Shown one piece after another: positions 49,927-61,571 of a DNA stretch of 64,000 nt. Origin of the DNA: Zancudomyces culisetae HAW-14-8 (Eukaryota; Fungi; Kickxellomycota); NCBI GenBank assembly GCA_052426225.1, contig JBNJNM010000021.1:1-64000 (forward strand), written 5' to 3'. Each line of letters begins with the position of its first letter. Within the stretch, counting starts at the first letter, position 1. The translations under genes were made by a program, and so were the position numbers. The notes beneath the pieces are model-generated. The model was not told the origin of the DNA. It saw only the letters and a program-made list of their open reading frames with translations, and searched no databases.

Positions 49927-51597
49927 TTTACTTTTTTTGAGTGGTTGATAATTTGAGGGTTAGGTTTGTCTGATAAAATGGTAAAGAAACCAATTCCTGT
50001 TATATAGTTTTTTTCTGCACTTTAGAATATCAAGATCCAAAACATACTACAACTATTGCTAATTTAGACTATGCTTTTGTTGTAAAGGAGTTTGGTTTGA
50101 GTGCTTCTAGGTTGAAATTTTGTTATAAACCACAACATCACCTTGATGGTTTATTGCGCTAATAACAAACCGTGAAAGTATTATTTTTAGTACAAACACT
50201 ATTATGGTTATAGTACAGCCACGGAAATGCAGAACGTTTTAATTTATTTTGTTTAACAGCTAGCCTTCGCTCTTAATATTTCTAAACATAAAATAAAATA
50301 CATGCTCGTATAAACAGTCGAACACCAACATACTTGACAAATTTCAATTGAGGTATAAATATGTAGAAGGTGAGCAAATGATAAAAGTAAAATAATAAGT
50401 AAAATAAAATGATAACAAGCATTCCGGAAAAAAGAAAAGAATTGAGGACAAATATTATTACATGTTTTATAAAAGAAAAGCGTTCTAGCACTGTAAGTAC
50501 AATACAGTTATTGTAAATTTGCTTCAAACGAACAATAGGAACATATAGATAACAATACAATTAAATTTTTTTATTGTATATTTACAAAATATTGTTTTTC
50601 TGACTGAGTAATATTATTTAGATGACAAAAAGTTCATAAAAAAAACAATCAACTAAACTAAGTTCATCGCACCTTCATTCCAACTTTCTAGAATACCAGG
50701 TATCCGAGGGATATTAGTTCAAGGGGAGTGGGACTACAATTAATCTTTTCACTGCTAGGTAACAAGGTGAAAAAGACTTTATTCAGAAACCTGCATGTGG
50801 AAGCCACTGCTTTAGCTCAAGAGGTCTTAGTATCACGAATAATTCCAAAAAGTTCAAGGTTTAACTCCTCCCTCCAGAAGCTTATCCATGATTTTCTTGT
50901 AAAACTCACTATACTCGAAAAACGTGTTAGTTAAAAAAGAACCAAAAATCTATAGATTCAAAAAGCAAATCATTCCCATTTGCTACTCATTCACTTCAAT
51001 TTTGGAAATTGCCCAATTATTTCTCTTGGTTTATATTTTGTTCAAAAGACTCAATAAATAAACACCAAATAAAAATTAAATGAAACAACTCAATATAATA
51101 TCAACCTAACTAATTCTCCTCTGTCTCTCTAGCAACTCCTTACCCACCGGGTGTTGGTTGAGTGATATTTTATACTCAAGATTGATCCAGATAATAATCC
51201 TCGTTTGAGAGAATCTATTTAAGAATCTCGTTGTTTGCAGCTTGACTAAACATGAAATTTTGGATTCGCTATCCTTTCTGGTAGAGTAATCAAATTTTGT
51301 GGCTCTTATTTAAGAGATAGAACCAACTACCCATCCTCTCAAGTTTCATGTACTTCAACTATTTTGAGATTTGGAGTTGAAATCTTAAATGTGTTGATAC
51401 TGTCATATATCCCTGGCTGCTCTATTTTGTCATTTCTCATAACCACTGATTATTTGTCGCTCCTATTTCTGGAGTATTCCATTAAAAAATAATCTAAATA
51501 AATTAGCTGAACATTAGAAAGTTAATTGATTTGCTACTAAGATTTATTATAATGGACTTTTCAAGACCTATAAACCAAAAAAATATATTAAACAAAC

Positions 51598-52839
51598 TTA
51601 GTTGCTACAATTAGAAATGCTCTGGCAAGAGAATGTTGGGTTGAAAACTGATGCAGTGCCTTTGAATGGTGTCATAGCCAATGAAGTCATGTTAAAGTTG
51701 GAAACCTTGTATGTAGACTTGAGCGAATTGTTGATAAATATTTGAAGCTGAGAGTTCTTGTAAACAATTTTGATATCTTGCGAGTCGGCTCTTGTGAAAA
51801 TATTGCTTCGTTTAACCAAAGCGTATTTACCCTTCTTGATAGGGCTGATACCAGATGACAAGCCAAACTGAGCTTCAACTACACCGTTAGGGCTGTAGAA
51901 CCCGCTATCATCCATGAGCGCAACAAAGAAGTCAGTGGTAGCAGAGATGCTAGCAGTGAACTTAAAGTCACTTGTATCACATGGAATTGTAAGGGCCTGC
52001 TTGAAATCATAGCCTTTGTTCTTGTTTGTGGAAGATAAAATGATATTGGAGCCAACAGAAGGGAATCACAGGCTGATGAGCTCGAACTGGTGGAGCTGGT
52101 TGATGAGGTTGATGAGGTTGAGCTAGTTGGTGAAGAATCAGTTGAAGTTGAGCTAGTTGGTGAAGAATCAGTTGAAGTTGAGCTAGTTGATGAAGAATCA
52201 GTTGGTGATGACTCGGTAGCTCTTGAAGAATCAGTTGAACTAGATGGATTTACACAAGTAGAACTATTACAGGTGTACTCTACATTTTGGATTAGCGTTA
52301 AGTCTCTCTCAGCTCCAAATGCAAATCATAAGTTTGGTGAGTTCATTGCTACATTTATATCGTAATACGTTGATGGCAGTGTCAAAATTGGCATACTGTT
52401 TCCTACTAATCCAATACTGACACCTGAGCTGTTAACTTGCACATGTATTCTTTGAGTTTCTGATGCTTCCGACATGATGTCTTCCTCCAAGGAGTATACT
52501 GATGCTCCAACATACCACGAACCAGTGTTTACACCTACTAAGCCTTCAATAACCTCGCTATCGGTAGGCGAATATCTTTGTGTACTGATTGCAAAATAGA
52601 TATCAGAGGTTTGATCAATATCAAATGTAACGAGATAGTCTTGTGATGGACAACAAATATCAATAGCATTGTCCCAGCTGTAATTGATAACTGAACTATC
52701 ACCAGATCCTTGAGCAATCTCAATTTGACTTAAAGAGTCGGAACAGTTAACTCGCTTAGTTTCTGTTGAGGCTGATGCGCCTACTATCGGTGAAAGTAAG
52801 TTAGCTAATATCAACTATATGGATGCTTTATATTGTCAT
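51598..52839 (-). pseudogene. Disrupted gene for a secreted two-domain protein with a Ser/Thr linker
   Basis: Two similar domains (ICCPSQDYLVTFDIDQTSDIYFAI..VIEGLVG / IPCDTSDFKFTASISATTDFFVAL..VVEAQFG) joined by STSTDSSPTS repeats; in-frame TGA at 52326-52328, frameshift near 52065, broken 5' end. Confidence 0.78.
52085..52250. repeat. 30-bp coding tandem repeat (Ser/Thr linker on the - strand)
   Basis: GTTGAGCTAGTTGGTGAAGAATCAGTTGAA about 3 times plus degenerate flanks. Confidence 0.85.
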
Positions 52840-55227
52840 ATAGTGGATATATTTAAGGTTTATCTAGAAATTTAGTTATTAATTCAATTATTAAAACTCA
52901 CCTCGAATACTCTAGAAGTCCGGAGTATATTAGTTATTTAGTTCTAGGTTTATTTATATTAAATTATTATATAGTATAGTTATTTTTATATATTATAGTT
53001 ACTAATATTTAGTATAGTTAGTTTTATATATAAGGCTTAAGTTTTTTAGTGAGAGTTTTTCTTAACACCTTATTATTCAGAATAAAAATTATTTTCCAAA
53101 ATATTCATTCACATTTATTAACCTACATTTTAAATAAGCAAGTATAACACTTTTAAACCAATTAACTTTTTACAAAAAGACTATTTAGAACCACACACGT
53201 AATAGTTAGTAAATCTTTGGTGAACGTGGTTATATTATTATTAAAATATTAAAAGACATTTCTTTTTATGACAATATGCACGTGGTCTCATTTTAATACA
53301 TTTTTCATTGAACTACATAAATACACTTATTCGTATTTATGTATTAATAGCTATGAATTGTGATTGTGTATATCAGTATATAATTTTGGTTTATAAAAAA
53401 ATCTGCTCAGTATTTTTTTTTGTCTATGCACTTTTTATGATACCACATTTAATGTTAGTTTTATTAAAAAATTTAATTGCAACATTTATGTCATATCCAC
53501 TTGAACCTAAATACATTTGTCTATTTTTAGCGATTGTGAAAATGCTGTATGAAAATAAATAATAATTTTACAAGGAGAAAAATACCCTCATACTCTGCCG
53601 CCACAACCATGTATCTAAAAATTAATTTTGAGATCAGTCGAAATTGACGCACAAGACAGCAGTAGGACTGTGTATGATAAAGATTCGGTATTATGTACTC
53701 TAAGTAACTTTTCTAAAAAAGCTTTTAGATCTTTCAATTGAGGTATTTCTAAAGATAATAAAATGACATATACATCTCAAGTCTATTTTTCTAACATAAT
53801 ACAGTTTTTGTATAATAAAAAAAAGTTTATTAAAAGTTTCACCAATTGGATGATTAATAACAGAGCTAAATATTGAATTTAAGGATTTTACTTCCTTTAC
53901 TCAAAACTTCCCGCATAATATAGTTATGGCCTGTAAACAGAAAATCTTGCATTGTTATTTTACTAAAGGTTATATTTCATTCTAGCTAGCCCACCTCTTG
54001 GTTTAAAAGTCAAGCTCAACATATTAAACCCATAAACCCGTTACGTTCTTTGTGGACTGTATTGTAACTATTAGCACTTTTTCTAGGGTAGTAACTTTAT
54101 ACTTGCTTAGTAATTTTATAATTCTTGGTTTAAAAGTAGCTACAACATCAACATATATTAATTTTAACTATTCGGTTCGCTAGGCGTTTGTGCTCTATCC
54201 ATTGTTGAGTTTTTTTAACAGCCCCATTCTCAGCGTTATTGGGTATTTTTCTGCAGGCTTTTTTACAAATCTGTTTGAAATTCGATTCAAAGCTATTTAT
54301 TATTTATTAATTATTACAAATATTTCCAATAAAAAAAATTAAATGTGGCTGATGAGAATATTAAAAATAAGTGGCAACCCAAGCGTAGAATCTACAGGAA
54401 TTCTTACATCAATTGGGAGTGGCGAGTATCACTTGTTTACATTAAAGCGGTACGTACCTCAGAAGTTGTTAAAGCTGCTTTCACGGAATAACTTACGTTT
54501 CAGCATATTTTTTCTGCTACTAGATTTCATCACCTTAAAATTGAACTATGAGACACTGTTTTCATACAATTTTTGTACATCTTGAGTTCGTGCATTCTGT
54601 ACAATCTAAGTAAAGGTTAAAGTAATTATCAGGTGCATAGAATTTCTGAATCGATCATTTTTTGACTTTTACTTTTACTTTTTATTTTCATATTCTAGCT
54701 TGAGCTTTTAGGTATAAAGTAGATTTGATTACAGTTCCTTTCAGATCTAAAAAGGATGTGGCTTATATTATATTCACAAAAAGAAAATTGTTGTTTATAA
54801 CACAATCTATCGAGTTAAGTTTATTTTCAAGATCTTAGAGTTAGAAATATGTTTTTTAGTGAGCCTGGAGTTTTATTGTTAATACCCAACTAGTGAGAGG
54901 TTTATAGAGTATATTAACCCAAAAGTAGCTCGGTTATTCAATCAAACCCAAATAGCATTGATTAATTTTATAATTAATTAAATAAATTCACTTAAAACTA
55001 CAAAAAACAATCCTAACCAATTTACACCCAACCAATTGTATTTTTCACTCTAGGGACTCCATATCCTTCGTGCGTTGGTTCAAGGAAACTACATAAGGTT
55101 GTTTTGTCTTAATTTCAGCAAATTTCGTCCAAAATTCATTTTTGGTTAGAACAAACTATCTGTAGTGATAAACACCTTGGTCTTCAACAAAAATGTGTGT
55201 AAATCCTTGTAATGATGTGTTATTGGC

Positions 55228-57355
55228 CAACAGCCATTCTTTTGTGGAATATTCTGTACACGTTTTTGAATTATAGTTGGAGCATATCTGCTCCAGGTTT
55301 TGTGAAATACCAATTTTTTGCTTTTCAACTACGCCTGAGTTTGATGTGTTCTTTTCTCAACGAGGAGTATTGAATATTACTGAATTGAGTTTATTTTATA
55401 TTATTAGTTAATATTTTTAATTTCGATTTACTTGCCAAAAGTATAGCAGTTTACAATTCTAGTATGGTCTAATAAAATATTTACAAAAAGTTTAGTTGCT
55501 ATATACTACAATAAGCATAACTGAGAATAATTGACTTGTATAAAAATACATCCCATATTTGTATTAAAGTTTCAAGTTTGTTATTGAGTGTAAATCAAAT
55601 ATTCAAATATTCAAACCAAAAAAAAAGAATTTATGATTTATGATTGATGATTGAATGTACATTAGTTCCATGACATTATTTTCACTATTTTTCATAGCAT
55701 TACTCTAATTTCTCTCATCCTACCATTATATATACAACTGTTCTATTTTATGCTACAACTATAGCCTGACTACATTTATTTTGAATGGATAACATGAATT
55801 TGTATAATTACGTCTAGTCTACTTCATTTAGCTACAATAAGCCTATAAATTTGATTGATCAAAAAAACTAAAAATGAATGAATTTAGCTTATAATGCAAC
55901 TTTACTCAACTATTGTTCTAGTGTTTTTTGTATTGAATTTTTTGTTCTGGAGTGTGTGCTACTTTAGCTAAAGAGGATGTTTATTACTATTTTTTTCGAA
56001 ACCCCCTCAAACAGTTCAAATATATACAGCAATGTCTTTTGCATAAATTGAGCTGCACAGCAATCTGTTAATCAATTCTCAAAGTTTGATCTCCACTAAG
56101 TGCTAACTAACTACATGTCATAAACGATTTGTTACTATTTTTTCAATATGATAGCTCTTAAAACCTAACAGGTTAGTATATCATAAAATACAATAAATAT
56201 ATTAGATTTGATAATCTAGTCATATGATATTCGTATAGCGACTTAACACTTAGAGTTATGCACCATGTACACTAATACCTTTTCAACTAGTAATTTCTCA
56301 ACATTCGCCAAAAGACGCATGACTGTTTTAAAACGCAGTAGATCGTAATTTTTTATTTTGACTAAATTAACAAAATAGCTTTTACCTTTACTTTTACAAC
56401 ACTCGTCTCTACACATTATACTTTGATTTATACTCTAGACTTGTTCAAAACAAAAAAGTATATAAATCCAGCTGGTTTGGAGAATATTTTAAAAATTTAA
56501 GAAGAATAACAATTGAATTATTAACTAAAAAAATGAAAACTATTATAATCGGAACTGCAGCTTTGGGACTAACCTTTGCAAACAGCATGGGAGACGTGTC
56601 TTTACATCAGCACAACAGAAACTCAATCAGACAAAACAGACTTTATTCTAGCCAAAATCACAGCGCTAGGATGAAGGTTGAAGTGTTTCAAGAGCAATAT
56701 CTCCGCAATCCAGCCAAAACAATAAATATAAGACCAAACAGATGTGTCTCATTACCAAGTGCCCAATCTCTCCAGTTTGATAGCGGACAACCAGGACGCG
56801 GGTGGGTTGTACTGTGCCACAGTAATGACTGCAGTGGAAAGTGTGTAACTGAACGTAGAAAAACCTGGCTTTACCCACAAAACATGGATGCTGACAAGGT
56901 TGGAGGCCCCGCCAACTCTATGATTTGGTTCCTAGCATAGTCCGAGTCTGAATTCGTTCATTTTTAATGTATGGATATTTGATGTAGAGATAGAAAATAT
57001 TTTAAATATTAGAACCGGAATCCATGAAATAAATATGTGTAGTGAAGTTCGTCAACAATAAATGATAATGTTTGGAGCAGAGTTGAAAAGTGGTTTTGCT
57101 AGGAATACATTTCAAATTGGTACAACCTAGATATTACTGTAACAGCCAGTAGATTTTACAGTTTGAAAGGATGTATATTTAAAAAAAGTGTAAGGATTTC
57201 ATGTGACATCATTTATCATACTGAATATTTTAATATAGATTAATAAATATGTCCAGTATTTATCTTATCAAACTTATATAATAGCTTTCAGTGTTAATTA
57301 AAGGGGTAAAGGTGTGTCACATAATTACCTATTCAAAGTAAATATCCGTAATATT
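55228..57355 (+). repeat. Segmental duplication 1, copy b
   Basis: Colinear with 14758-16885, about 40.5 kb away. Confidence 0.93.
56533..56940 (+). CDS. Small secreted beta/gamma-crystallin-like family member 9
   Basis: Paralogue of 16064-16471; GWVVLC-HSND-CSGKC...SMIW. Confidence 0.88.
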   Translation: MKTIIIGTAALGLTFANSMGDVSLHQHNRNSIRQNRLYSSQNHSARMKVEVFQEQYLRNPAKTINIRPNRCVSLPSAQSLQFDSGQPGRGWVVLCHSNDCSGKCVTERRKTWLYPQNMDADKVGGPANSMIWFLA

Positions 57356-58057
57356 GACATTTTGGGTTGAGAAAACACACACAACAGTGCAAGAATTATT
57401 TGTGTTTTTTTAAAACCAACTACATATGCTCATTTCCATGTTGTGTTAATTAGACTTTGATATACTCAACCATTTTATAATCATCCCCAAACAACAATAC
57501 AATTTGAGATTTGGTTTTCCCAGATTTTTTTCAGTATATTGTTGGTGTTTTTATAATTTCCACTATGACAGCGATTCCGAATATTGGTGTGTAGGAAATG
57601 TGTTACATATGGCTTGAATTTTGGAGAACAAGATCAGGTTCGGATATCAAAGAACCTGGTACCTGTCAAATACCCATGATATTTTGGGATTTGATTTATT
57701 AAACTCACATAATTGCAATTGTAATTATTGGCCAAAAACTAAATGGTATTAATAGCTGTATTTTTGCCACACATTTCTTTGACGAATTGATTCTTTGAGA
57801 GTATTTTCGTTCCATTTAAAATTTTGGTACGTTTCAAATTTTCCATATCTCATAAACAAAATAGTTTGTAGCATAGTGTAATATGTAGACAAATTTAATA
57901 GGCACAAGGATCCAATTATGAAAACACATAATCTAAAATTCAAATTCCCCTGTCCGGAATAAAAGAAATATATATATACTGGAAGTCGGGTATGTATATT
58001 ATTTGTATTAAGCTCGGTCTCCATTAGGTCACTATAATATTTAATTGTATTATTATA

Positions 58058-60442
58058 ATGCTTCGAACAGATTCTGGAAATAGCAAATCTACAAATGATG
58101 ACGGGGGAATAAAAAAGACTAGATCATATGCTGACAAGTCCTACAAAAGGCATGTAATAAATTTTAGAATTAATCAGAAAAAGAAGTCACGAAAGAGGCC
58201 CATAAACCAGCTTTTACAAGAACTTATCGGGGGTATCGAAAAAAAAGTTGATCTATTGCAAAAGAAAGCCAAAAAAAGAAAGGCCACATCCACAGGAAAT
58301 TTCTATCGAAACATAAAAAAACAAACAGGAAATTTGCTGACAAATGTCTGCCTTATTGATTTAAACATTGAAAACACTGTTGGTGGGAGTTCAGAGGAAA
58401 TTTTACTGTCAAGGCTTTTAAAGGATGTGATAGAGGATTTGATGAATAGGTTTGTATATCTCTACCCCTTTTCTGGAAACGTTATCCGAATCCCTCATTT
58501 TATACAAAATGTAAAGAGTTTTCAAGTACCAAAATACGTTATTTACACACTTTTGCTGGTAGGATCGTCTATACTAAAGGATAAAATTTTTTTTGAAGTA
58601 TTTACAGAGGAAAGGCGCAAAAGAGTATTGAAATACGCTACTGAACACATGAAAAGTGTACTCAGACACCCAGATTGTTTAGGCATATGGACAATGATGG
58701 TATTGGCTAGATATTATGCTACTATTGGGATTGTATCACAATGCACAAAATATAATAGCTTGGTAACTAGTTTGGCCATTTCAATGAAGCTGCACATGGT
58801 GGATGCATATTGTATTAGTACTCCTGATATTGAGTGTGAGGATTTAATTGTGGAAAAAGAACTTAAAAGGCGACTTTGGTGGTGCTTGTATATATACTCT
58901 GTAGGCGCCTCCGAGGGGCTAGCTCTTATTCCTGCTATACAGCTTAGAGACGTATTTGTAAACTTGCCCAGCAATGATTATTTATGGCATAGCAGGGCAA
59001 ATTTTACAATTTCAGATACAAAGCCGATAAACAGGCATGATATAATTCTGGACAGTCAAGGAGGTTTCAAGCTTGATACATATGCTTTATACACAATGCT
59101 GCTCAAGATAAGATATGAAATTGTGACATTTGTTAACCGAAGGGAAATTACGATTTCAAAAGACATGGAAATGGATTATAGACGCTACTTGAAGCTGTTC
59201 ACAGATGCTAAAAATTTTCAGAGTAATGTGGTAGTGAGGTTTTATAATGAACTGGAGAAGGTATTGACGTTCTCAACAAGAAACCAAGAGATAGTAAACA
59301 CAGTGAAAATTGAGTATTTTATAGTACAGCACTGTATATTGATTTTGAATACTTGTATGACGAATATGTTTATCATCAGTTCAGAGATAGCTCACTATGA
59401 AAATGTGAATATTCATCCACAGCGTGTAAAATCAGCCAAATTTGCTTTAATAGATAATGCTATCTATCTTATAGAGGTCTTCTACTGGCTAATGACAAAC
59501 TTCTCTTCTGATAAGCTTGATCTAGAACTTGCATTGTTGGCATTAAACACCTACAAGTTTCTCATTAATCTGGAGTATATCAGAAATTTGGCCAGACATA
59601 ATGCAATTGTAAACGGAAAGAGAGTAATAATCACATACTTTGAAAGGCTTAAATCAACATCTCTATTATCCGAAACATTTATTTATCTCGCCAACAACAT
59701 GTCTGACCTTAAAAAAAGTTATGATAAGGCCAATAAAAAATTCAGAAACATTCCATATAACTTTAAAATGAAGATGATCTCATCTTACGACTACAACCCA
59801 TGGCTGATTTCAAATGGAAGCAACTACCATAGGAGGGAATGCTGTTACAATTCAACTAATACAAAAATACATGATCCATTTCTGCTAAGTAGGCTCGCTG
59901 AAAAAGAATGTCGTGATAAAAGCAGGGGATTTTCCTATTTTTCAGTCAATGATGCTTGCGAAAAAAGAATCATAATGGAAATTGATCTGAAGCCAACAAT
60001 CGAGGAGTCAGAAAAACTTATGTTGACATTGGAAGGCCTAGAAATATCGAAACGGAAACCAAAAAACCGCAAACGTAATTCCAATACCGATCCAACTCTT
60101 GATGATGACCCAAAGAACTTTTATGTAAAAAATGTTGATTTTGACACAATTCCGCAAAACGTTGTGTTGCTTGAAAAATGTAAAAGAATGATTGAACGTA
60201 CTTTTTATTTTATTTTGATGACGAACCACAACTATACGAATCCAAGTCATCCCCCGGTATTTGACAATTATTTTTTCAACTTTGGGCACAAAGACACCAT
60301 GTCAAATTTTGACTTTACCGAACTATTATACAACCCCATAGAACAAGGAAGATACGGATTCACTGATGGGTGTGATTTTATCAACGTCAACAACACGCAC
60401 TCTAACTTCAATTCCACTCTTAATTCTATGGATGATATTTGA
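58058..60442 (+). CDS. Fungal-specific transcription factor (middle homology region) domain protein
   Basis: 794-aa ORF; SLAISMKLH..D....EKELKRRLWWCLYI...VNLPSND.LW pattern of the Fungal_trans/MHR domain; basic NLS-like N-terminus; no Zn2Cys6 cluster. Confidence 0.8.
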   Translation: MLRTDSGNSKSTNDDGGIKKTRSYADKSYKRHVINFRINQKKKSRKRPINQLLQELIGGIEKKVDLLQKKAKKRKATSTGNFYRNIKKQTGNLLTNVCLIDLNIENTVGGSSEEILLSRLLKDVIEDLMNRFVYLYPFSGNVIRIPHFIQNVKSFQVPKYVIYTLLLVGSSILKDKIFFEVFTEERRKRVLKYATEHMKSVLRHPDCLGIWTMMVLARYYATIGIVSQCTKYNSLVTSLAISMKLHMVDAYCISTPDIECEDLIVEKELKRRLWWCLYIYSVGASEGLALIPAIQLRDVFVNLPSNDYLWHSRANFTISDTKPINRHDIILDSQGGFKLDTYALYTMLLKIRYEIVTFVNRREITISKDMEMDYRRYLKLFTDAKNFQSNVVVRFYNELEKVLTFSTRNQEIVNTVKIEYFIVQHCILILNTCMTNMFIISSEIAHYENVNIHPQRVKSAKFALIDNAIYLIEVFYWLMTNFSSDKLDLELALLALNTYKFLINLEYIRNLARHNAIVNGKRVIITYFERLKSTSLLSETFIYLANNMSDLKKSYDKANKKFRNIPYNFKMKMISSYDYNPWLISNGSNYHRRECCYNSTNTKIHDPFLLSRLAEKECRDKSRGFSYFSVNDACEKRIIMEIDLKPTIEESEKLMLTLEGLEISKRKPKNRKRNSNTDPTLDDDPKNFYVKNVDFDTIPQNVVLLEKCKRMIERTFYFILMTNHNYTNPSHPPVFDNYFFNFGHKDTMSNFDFTELLYNPIEQGRYGFTDGCDFINVNNTHSNFNSTLNSMDDI

Positions 60443-61151
60443 TATTATTGAGTTGTAGTAAACCCTGACATGGACCTTTGAACTCTACTCTTGTTAAAAA
60501 CTTCATCAAACATATCTCGATATATTATAAATATATTGTATCTTTGAACTCACAATACCTGACTTGGCTTTGTAGGTTGTCTAGTTGGGCTTTTTAACTT
60601 TTAGTATTACAATTCGTCAATAAATTACATGTTCTGATTATTTGTGGAAACCTAAAAAATATATAGATAAAAAAACCAATTCTTTAATTAAAACAAAAAC
60701 TGACCAACCCTGGTGGAAGTGAGGCGAATTGTAGTTGATTTAGTTTTACTAGTGGGCTATATACTTGTACTAACTTCTGGTTTTTTTTTAGCTCATTGAA
60801 TGCAAAATCGGATAATATTCGTGGTATTTGTTGATATTGTATAGTCATTGTCCAAGAGCTGTTGATACAATGCTTATCACCATTCGATTTCATTACTTTA
60901 ATACCCAATTGGTTGGCTGTACATAAATATCGAAAGTACAAAAATATCAGACTATGGTATACTAATATCACAGTACTTCAGTGCGTAATGTAGCTGGTTA
61001 TGCATATGACGATAGTCGATTTAGATTATATTTTTATTCGTTATTGAAACATCTTTATTATTATTAGAGTTTAATTATAATAATATAACTATCTTAAAGG
61101 GTGTAATAATGAAAAATTAACAATATAGCCAGCTATATCATACATGGGTAT

Positions 61152-61571
61152 TTATAAGGATAAAATCGCTGCAAGCAACAGTAAGACTATAGTCGGTGCT
61201 AATCCCACTAAAACCAGTATACAAAACAGTTTAATACTACCCATATATGAGTATATATGTGCATAAAAAGGATCCTCCAATCCTTTTTTCTTTAAAACTG
61301 TCCTGATAGCTGCATTATGACTCAATAATAGACATAATGCAATAAACATAAAAGTAGGTATTAAAAATGTTATCCAGATTAGTATGTTGAAAAAGTTCAT
61401 CCTTGCCGAATACCTGACAGAAGACAAGATTACGACAATAGTGAAAGCATAACTCGCGACTACCATCAGAAAGGCGAGAATTATAAAGACTTTAAAAGTT
61501 GTGATAACCGATTTTTTTAACTTGCTATCATTGGTATTTGCAACTTGGCTTTCTACTTGTGCTGGTTCCAT
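61152..61571 (-). CDS. Small membrane protein with three predicted TM helices
   Basis: AAAATG start context; TATA-like motif ~85 bp upstream; three long hydrophobic segments. Confidence 0.7.
   Translation of the reverse strand: MEPAQVESQVANTNDSKLKKSVITTFKVFIILAFLMVVASYAFTIVVILSSVRYSARMNFFNILIWITFLIPTFMFIALCLLLSHNAAIRTVLKKKGLEDPFYAHIYSYMGSIKLFCILVLVGLAPTIVLLLLAAILSL

Noticed and set aside
49952-49965. Second telomere-like motif TTTGAGGGTTAGGT, identical to 63856-63869
   Set aside because: It lies in the short 5' leader of a protein gene with no surrounding structure, so it is not a template candidate. It does show that such motifs can arise by chance or as telobox elements.
50690-51480. Possible decayed coding or TE remnant
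   Set aside because: Slightly higher GC, but I could recover no recognisable motif.
52090-52365. Acidic VELVGEES repeat ORF on the + strand
   Set aside because: Antisense of the Ser/Thr linker of the - strand pseudogene.
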